NCBI GenBank assembly: GCA_048270185.1
Contig: JBLWTJ010000001.1
Coordinates: forward strand, 1,536,001-1,600,000
Direction of reading: 5' to 3'
Length of the DNA stretch: 64,000 nt
Origin: Bacteriovoracaceae bacterium
GTDB lineage: Bacteria > Bdellovibrionota > Bacteriovoracia > Bacteriovoracales > Bacteriovoracaceae
The notes under the pieces are model-generated. The model saw only the letters and a program-made list of their open reading frames with translations, was not told where the DNA came from and searched no databases. Shown one piece after another: positions 58,206-64,000 of this stretch; the first letter of the stretch is position 1, and every line of letters begins with the position of its first letter. Made by a program: the position numbers and the translations under genes.

Positions 58206-59057
58206 ATGTCTAAACCCATTGTTCTACCAGCTCATTACAACTATATAGGAGTCTTTCTAAGCCTCGGTTGTAATCTATCTTGTAGCTACTGTATCAATCA
58301 TCTTGTCGGCCTTAATCAAAGACGTCGCCATATGAGTGGGAAAGAATGGGTTGAGGTCATCAATAAAATTCAAACTCGGGCCAATCTTCCGATCTCTCTT
58401 CAAGGAGGAGAGCCAAGTATTCATAAGGATTTCTATTACATTCTTGAAAATATCAAAGAAGATGCACCTATCGATCTTTTGACAAACTTACAGTTTGATC
58501 CTGAATATTTCGTTAGTCGAATCCCAAAAGAGAGATTTGAAAGAGATCTTCCTTATCCATCCATTAGAGTAAGTTATCATCCAGAACAAATGGACTTGAA
58601 TGAGACAATTGATAAAATCATTTTCTTAAAAGATCGCGGCTACTCCATTGGCCTCTTTAGCGTAGATCATCCTCTTGCAAAGAATGATATTGCACGGGCA
58701 ATGAAGGTCTGTGCTGAAAATAACATCATCTTTAAAACTAAAGAATTTCTAGGTCAGTATGATGGCAAACTATATGGTACTTACAAGTATCCTGGCAGTG
58801 TTTTTAGTAAAGAGCATAAAACAGTACAGTGTAAAACAAGTGAGCTGCTCATTTCACCTGAAGGTTACGTCTATCGCTGTCATCATGATTTATACAATAA
58901 GAAGTCACCTATTGCAGATAGCTTAAACCCAGAATATGAGATAATAGATGAGTATAAGGAATGTACTTACTTTGGCAGTTGTAATCCCTGTGACGTTAAA
59001 TTAAAGAATAATCGTTTCCAAAAACACGGGCATTGCTCCGTCGAGATCGAATTCTAG
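58206..59057 (+). CDS. Radical SAM protein with a C-terminal SPASM/twitch-like Cys cluster
   Basis: CNLSCSYC, GGEP, C...G.VYRC, C....CNPCD. Confidence 0.9.
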   Translation: MSKPIVLPAHYNYIGVFLSLGCNLSCSYCINHLVGLNQRRRHMSGKEWVEVINKIQTRANLPISLQGGEPSIHKDFYYILENIKEDAPIDLLTNLQFDPEYFVSRIPKERFERDLPYPSIRVSYHPEQMDLNETIDKIIFLKDRGYSIGLFSVDHPLAKNDIARAMKVCAENNIIFKTKEFLGQYDGKLYGTYKYPGSVFSKEHKTVQCKTSELLISPEGYVYRCHHDLYNKKSPIADSLNPEYEIIDEYKECTYFGSCNPCDVKLKNNRFQKHGHCSVEIEF

Positions 59058-59163
59058 CCCAAAACCGGCAGTTTTTTCCTAAACTAAAACTTTAGTAAGA
59101 ATAACTCCGTCTTAAACTTCATTATTCCGATTTTGTTTGTAACCACACACACAAAAAACGGAG

Positions 59164-60015
59164 TTGATTATGTTGAGACGCTCATTAAAACTAATGACAG
59201 CATCATGCTGCCTACTAATGACAAGTACAATGCCAGTATTTGCACAAGAAGATAAACCACTATTTCCAATTGGTAATATTACAACTTTAAATGCAGAGTA
59301 TGTTTCCCCTCAGGGAACAGGAACTGCAAATGCCATAAGCATCCAAGGTTTTGGAGATTTCTCAAACCCACAACTTGAGGTTGAAAACTATAATGGAATT
59401 CTAATGTTTACAGTCGATAATGATTCGTTTGAACTTGATCTATCGACTCTTCAAATTCAAGATGCAGATAAAATTAAAATTGATAATTTAAATTATACTA
59501 ATAATGATACAAGCCTTGGACTTAATCTTAGTAATATTAGTGCAAGTGGAGAGGGATTCAGCACAAGTTTATCAAACACTAAAGTTGAATGCCAAAAGGC
59601 TGCCAGAGAAGGTAAAGAGTATGAACAACTTTTGCAAAACTGCTTTAACTTTCTTAGTTTAAACGTTGATCGTGCAAGATTTAAGAGTTCAAAGAGAAGC
59701 TTTTACAACTTAACAAATGAATACGAAACCTTAGGTGATGCAGTTCAAATCGATGAACTTAAACTTGATATTCGTAATGGGAAGTTTAACGGTCGTCTAA
59801 AGGGAAATATTTCTAAAGGTGTAACAGTAAAATTTGAAGGGCGTGCTTCTTACGATATGAGTAATCGAATCGTAAATATTAAAATTAGTAAGGCCAAAGC
59901 TGGTTTATTCAATGTTCGTGGAACAATTTTTAAAGAGTTGGAAGAGTTTGAAAGTGACACAATTGAAGTGGATGAGCCAAATATTTATATCATCATTCCA
60001 GAAGATCAAGAATAG
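59164..60015 (+). CDS. Secreted beta-rich hypothetical protein
   Basis: Signal-peptide-like N-terminus; start codon uncertain. Confidence 0.7.
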   Translation: MIMLRRSLKLMTASCCLLMTSTMPVFAQEDKPLFPIGNITTLNAEYVSPQGTGTANAISIQGFGDFSNPQLEVENYNGILMFTVDNDSFELDLSTLQIQDADKIKIDNLNYTNNDTSLGLNLSNISASGEGFSTSLSNTKVECQKAAREGKEYEQLLQNCFNFLSLNVDRARFKSSKRSFYNLTNEYETLGDAVQIDELKLDIRNGKFNGRLKGNISKGVTVKFEGRASYDMSNRIVNIKISKAKAGLFNVRGTIFKELEEFESDTIEVDEPNIYIIIPEDQE

Positions 60016-60031
60016 TCTTATTTCGAGAGGA

Positions 60032-60565
60032 TCATTCGTTGATCCTCTCAAATAACTCTTCATTAGAATTTACTACTGTAATTAACTCTAAGTGCTCAGG
60101 CTTTAAGAAACCTTCTTTAACTGAGTGTTTTAAATGATTAATTAAGTGTTCAAAATAACCTGCAATATTAACTAGGTAGATCTTCTTCTTATGATATTGA
60201 AGCTGGGCCCAAGTTGTAATCTCACATAATTCATCAAGAGTTCCCATTCCTCCTGGATATGTTACAAAGACGTCTGATAGCTCATACATCTTTTCTTTAC
60301 GAGTATGCATCGTATCCACTTCATAGAATTCAGTTAAGCCTTGGTGCCCTACTTCCCATTCAATTAGAGACTTTGGCATAACACCTATAACATGGCATTC
60401 ATTTTCAAGAACAGTATCAGCAATCTTTCCCATCACTCCAATCGAAGCTCCACCATAGACAAGAGCATGCTTACCATTAGCAATTCTTTCACCTAGATCT
60501 TTAGATTCTTCTAAATACTTCGTTCCATTTCCACTTGCAGATCCACAAAATACACAAATTCTCAT
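60032..60565 (-). CDS. LOG-family nucleotide phosphoribohydrolase
   Basis: ICVFCGS, VYGG, MHTRK, PGGMGTLDE. Confidence 0.93.
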   Translation of the reverse strand: MRICVFCGSASGNGTKYLEESKDLGERIANGKHALVYGGASIGVMGKIADTVLENECHVIGVMPKSLIEWEVGHQGLTEFYEVDTMHTRKEKMYELSDVFVTYPGGMGTLDELCEITTWAQLQYHKKKIYLVNIAGYFEHLINHLKHSVKEGFLKPEHLELITVVNSNEELFERINE

Positions 60566-60566
60566 A

Positions 60567-61352
60567 TTACTCTCCAATTACTTTTAATAATTCATCAAGG
60601 CCCATCGAAGCTTTATCGCTATCTTTCTTTAGGTACATAAAGTACTCTTGGTTGCCACTTTTACGCCCTTTAATCACACAAGGTTCAAACCCTAATATTT
60701 TAAAGCCAATTCCTTCACATTGAACCTTTGCTGAAGTAAGTGCAGTTGCTACATACTCTGGTCCTTTTACAATTCCCTTCTTTCCAATCCCTGAACGACC
60801 TACCTCAAATTGAGGCTTAAAGAGTACAATAAGGTCTGCGCCTTCTTTGCAAATGGAATAAAGATTTTGCCAAATGAGATTGAGAGAAATAAACGATAGA
60901 TCAACAACGACTAATTCAACAGGCTCATCAAGTGAGTCGACTTCTCTAATATTTGTTCCTTCTAGATTTATAACTCTTTGATCTTCTCTGAGGCTCTTAG
61001 CAAGTTGTCCATGACCGACATCAATAGCAAAAACTTTATTGGCACCCAGCCCTAAACAGAATTGAGTAAAACCACCTGTGCTTGCTCCTACGTCAGCTAC
61101 CACTTTGTTTTTTACATCAATGGCAAAGCTATCAAAGGCTCCTGCAATTTTGTGGAAACCTCTTCCTACTTCATCCGAGTCTTCAGTTAAAGTAACTTCA
61201 TCATTTAAAACTTTATAAGAAGTCTTGGTAATGACTTTTGAGTTAACAAGAACCTTACCGTCTTGAATTAGTTGTTGAGCGCGACTACGAGTTTCAACGA
61301 GACCTAGCTCAACCAAACGCTTATCTAATCTTTCAAAATTTTCTTCTGACAT
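60567..61352 (-). CDS. tlyA: TlyA-family rRNA 2'-O-methyltransferase
   Basis: S4 domain, DVGASTGGFT, AIDVGHGQL, DLSFISL, KPQFEVG, GNQEY. Confidence 0.95.
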   Translation of the reverse strand: MSEENFERLDKRLVELGLVETRSRAQQLIQDGKVLVNSKVITKTSYKVLNDEVTLTEDSDEVGRGFHKIAGAFDSFAIDVKNKVVADVGASTGGFTQFCLGLGANKVFAIDVGHGQLAKSLREDQRVINLEGTNIREVDSLDEPVELVVVDLSFISLNLIWQNLYSICKEGADLIVLFKPQFEVGRSGIGKKGIVKGPEYVATALTSAKVQCEGIGFKILGFEPCVIKGRKSGNQEYFMYLKKDSDKASMGLDELLKVIGE

Positions 61353-61747
61353 TAGTGAACAACTGGTTTTATTTTGATTTTAGTTTTCTGTCCAAGTTCA
61401 GGTTCATTGAAGACAATATCTCCTTCAGTACCAAGTTTAAGTTTCATTCTAAAATCTTTAGAAAGAGTTTTTGAGAGGACTCTTCCCTCAATCTCAACTT
61501 CAGAACTTGGGCCAAAGACAGATTCATCATCAATGAAATAACCACTAAGAAGTAAATCAATTTTACTTTTCATGACAAAGCGACTCATCTTATCTGGTTG
61601 AATATTTTCAATGAAATGAAGCTCACTCATGAGAATCGTCTGCCCTTCAAAGTCTTTTTCGTGCGTCATCACAACTTCAACGAAGATCGTCGCGTAAGTC
61701 GAGAGACTTATTAGACTAAAGAGGAATATGAATAAGAATCTTTTCAT
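61352..61747 (-). CDS. Secreted hypothetical protein
   Basis: Signal peptide MKRFLFIFLFSLISLSTYA. Confidence 0.7.
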   Translation of the reverse strand: MKRFLFIFLFSLISLSTYATIFVEVVMTHEKDFEGQTILMSELHFIENIQPDKMSRFVMKSKIDLLLSGYFIDDESVFGPSSEVEIEGRVLSKTLSKDFRMKLKLGTEGDIVFNEPELGQKTKIKIKPVVH

Positions 61748-62528
61748 TGAATTCACCTGAATAAATATATTTTGTCTGCCCACCTAAATAGACAGCACCA
61801 TCGATCTTCTTAACAAAGAGTATACCACCATTTGTTTGAAATTCTATCTCTTCACTGCTCTCGAGGCCCTTATCCCACAACATGCAAGCAGCAGCGACGT
61901 TTCCTGTTCCACAGGCATAAGTCTCATCTTCTACACCACGTTCATAAGTACGAATGCGGTACTCTCCTTCATCAATCTTATGAATGAAATTAGCATTTGT
62001 CCCACGAGGAAAATCAGCGTCATTACGAACTTTTCGCCCTATTGTAATCACGTCAATCTCTTGGCAGTCATAAGTTAGAAAAACACAGTGTTCAACACCC
62101 GTGTTTATATAGTAGGAATCAATGGCCTCAGGATATTTTCCAGAGATATCAACTAAGTCCTGATCGTAAATTTCTGTCATCTCAACCCAAATTGTATCCC
62201 CATCAACACTTGATGTGTAAACGCCATTACGAGTTGAAAATTTAAAGTCTAAATTACGAGTTCCTGAGATCATCTTATAAAAATCAGTAATGGCCCTTGT
62301 GGCATTGCCACACATATTTTCTTCTCCACCATCTGCATTGAGATAGCGCATATGAAAATCATATTCATCAGAAGACTCAAGAAAGACAACACCGTCGGCA
62401 CCAATACCAAAACAGCGCTTACACAGATGGGCCCACTTTTCTTTATTGGCAACATCCTGCTTCCCATCGCAGTTATCGATAACGATGAAGTCATTGCCAC
62501 TGGAGCTATACTTATAGAACTTAGTCAT
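61716..62528 (-). CDS. dapF: Diaminopimelate epimerase
   Basis: GNDFIV, GIGADG, NADG...MCGN, ERGV..ET.ACGTG. Confidence 0.95.
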   Translation of the reverse strand: MTKFYKYSSSGNDFIVIDNCDGKQDVANKEKWAHLCKRCFGIGADGVVFLESSDEYDFHMRYLNADGGEENMCGNATRAITDFYKMISGTRNLDFKFSTRNGVYTSSVDGDTIWVEMTEIYDQDLVDISGKYPEAIDSYYINTGVEHCVFLTYDCQEIDVITIGRKVRNDADFPRGTNANFIHKIDEGEYRIRTYERGVEDETYACGTGNVAAACMLWDKGLESSEEIEFQTNGGILFVKKIDGAVYLGGQTKYIYSGEFNEKILIHIPL

Positions 62529-62662
62529 AGATCTATCATTTCATTGTTTTATAAATTTGACTACTACCGCCATCTACACACTGCGCCACATGTCGCGCTT
62601 CAAAATTTTGTAGCCAGATTATCAATTCTTAGCTAAATTTAACTCTCAAATTACCAACTTAT

Positions 62663-62739
62663 GGGACATTAGCTCAGTTGGTTAGAGCCCCCGGCTCATA
62701 ACCGGGTGGTCACAAGTTCAAGTCTTGTATGTCCCACCA
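62663..62739 (+). tRNA. tRNA with CAT anticodon (probably Ile2/lysidine; otherwise elongator Met)
   Basis: GGGACAT/ATGTCCC acceptor stem, CCCGG-CTCATAA-CCGGG anticodon arm, encoded CCA; paired 1:72, so not initiator. Confidence 0.95.
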
Positions 62740-62744
62740 AATAT

Positions 62745-62772
62745 AAAAACCACCCTTGCGGTGGTTTTTTTA
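62745..62772 (+). terminator. Terminator after tRNA-CAT
   Basis: AAAAACCACC-cttgc-GGTGGTTTTTTT. Confidence 0.85.
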
Positions 62773-62941
62773 TTTGTGCGATATTCAAGATTTTTAAATT
62801 TTGATCATGGAACAAGTTGTTGAGGTGTCATTTAGCAGGAAGCTAAATGATACCGAGCACCCCTGACGACTGAGCAGGATGCGAAGGAGAGAGGGCCTCT
62901 AGTTAATCTCACAAAACTATTCATAATGAAGAAATCATTAA

Positions 62942-62963
62942 TCAAGTCTTGTATGTCCCACCA
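62942..62963 (+). repeat. 22-bp exact direct repeat of the tRNA 3' end (att-like)
   Basis: TCAAGTCTTGTATGTCCCACCA identical to 62718-62739. Confidence 0.9.
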
Positions 62964-63005
62964 CTAAAAAAGCCCAGACGTAAACGTCTGAACTTTTCTT
63001 ATTTT

Positions 63006-63575
63006 TTACTCATCTTTCCCAAGCGGTGTCTTGAAAGTATCTGGCCATTCATCATAGTAAGTCGGATCAACACTTATATCACCAATTGATGCCCAGACAT
63101 GGACTTGTTTTTTATCGAGCATATTCACACCAAAATGTTTTTTCGGCGTCCAAGCTTTTTCTAGATAGATTGGATAAGCACCGATGACAGGATGATAGAG
63201 ATAAAGTTTACCATCCCAAATGAGAAAACCACTTCCTCCAGATTTAAAACCGTTAAAGCCGAGGCTTTTAACATCGGTCTTTTCTCCAATGCGATATGTT
63301 CCACTTTCAATAGGATTATTAGCGACAACTAAGCGCGCAACATTTTTTCCAACGTATTCGTTATACTTCAGAACAAACCTCAAAGCATAATCACCACACT
63401 GGCCTTTACGTTCTGTCTTCATTTCGCCAATGGTATAGTCAAACCACTTGGCCGTATCAATCGCAATATCACTAGCTTTCTTTATTTCAGCCTTTGTTGG
63501 TTTGTATATCTCAGATTTTGCAGTTGTATATTGACTAAATAAACCAAATAAAAAAAATAAAATCTTAATCTGCAT
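63006..63575 (-). CDS. Secreted transglutaminase-like (Cys-His-Asp) protein
   Basis: Signal peptide; GQCGDYA, HVWA, VDPT. Confidence 0.7.
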   Translation of the reverse strand: MQIKILFFLFGLFSQYTTAKSEIYKPTKAEIKKASDIAIDTAKWFDYTIGEMKTERKGQCGDYALRFVLKYNEYVGKNVARLVVANNPIESGTYRIGEKTDVKSLGFNGFKSGGSGFLIWDGKLYLYHPVIGAYPIYLEKAWTPKKHFGVNMLDKKQVHVWASIGDISVDPTYYDEWPDTFKTPLGKDE

Positions 63576-63706
63576 ATTATACTCACGATTAAATTAACGA
63601 TAGAGCTAGTGCTTAAAATGGTGGCTCATTAGCTATCAACATCAATATAAATATAAATGTTAACGTCTTTTAACAACTTAGAATAGAATACACCAACAAG
63701 GGCCCA

Positions 63707-63991
63707 TTAAGTACAACTCGGATCAATATCCACATCACAGATACCACATAGCTCTTTCTTTTCTGCATAGACTGTATTCTTGCAATAACCAACATAATCC
63801 CCATGTCCGAGGTGTGATTCAAGAGAGTCCTTATTTACAGTGATCTCTTTTGCATTATCAGGGTTACCTGGTGGAACGTGGCACAGAAGCAATTTATTAT
63901 CTTGCTTTGGACAACGAGGCATCGGACGTCCTTTAGCATAAATTGAAGTTGAAAATAAAATCACTGTAATGATTGAAATTGTGTATTTCAT
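63707..63991 (-). CDS. Small secreted Cys/His-motif protein
   Basis: Signal peptide; LCHVPPGNP...HLGHGDYVGYC. Confidence 0.75.
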   Translation of the reverse strand: MKYTISIITVILFSTSIYAKGRPMPRCPKQDNKLLLCHVPPGNPDNAKEITVNKDSLESHLGHGDYVGYCKNTVYAEKKELCGICDVDIDPSCT

Positions 63992-64000
63992 AATTCCCCC

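Noticed and set aside
60567..61352. TlyA as a haemolysin toxin
   Set aside because: Motifs and housekeeping context fit an rRNA methyltransferase
1449..62636. Many 60-145 aa ORFs nested in or antisense to long genes
   Set aside because: They lie within confidently assigned CDSs and lack motifs or RBS support
62740..62963. Prophage or ICE at tRNA-CAT
   Set aside because: Only about 200 bp lie between the repeats and the window has no integrase or phage genes
1..64000. CRISPR array, retron or transposase
   Set aside because: No regularly spaced repeats and no cas, reverse transcriptase or transposase motifs in the ORFs

Overview
A 64-kb AT-rich (roughly mid-30s % GC by eye) bacterial chromosomal segment. 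Gene content and protein style suggest a Bacteriovoracaceae/Halobacteriovorax-like predatory bacterium; this is inference, not a database result. About 1-35.6 kb is mostly housekeeping plus lineage-specific secreted proteins (mntR-like, rpiB, ahcY, gpmI, pfkA, umuDC, gdh, an orphan parAB, nadA with a cysteine desulfurase, prkA, rluA-family, tRNA-His). About 35.8-56 kb looks accessory: two MCPs, a GNAT with an unannotated leader peptide and attenuator, an ApbE/TlpA/DUF3570/DUF4266 flavinylation cluster, two paralogous secreted MACPF/CDC-like proteins with a candidate sRNA upstream, a chaperone-usher pilus and a pseudogene. About 56-64 kb holds envelope and housekeeping genes (mtgA, GT9, radical SAM, LOG, tlyA, dapF) and a tRNA-CAT with a duplicated 3' end. 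The strongest leads are the putative two-component pore-forming toxin pair, the 16-aa leader peptide, repeated leaderless-mRNA promoter geometry, several candidate structured ncRNAs and tRNA-linked hairpin elements. I saw no CRISPR array, integrase, transposase or rRNA.
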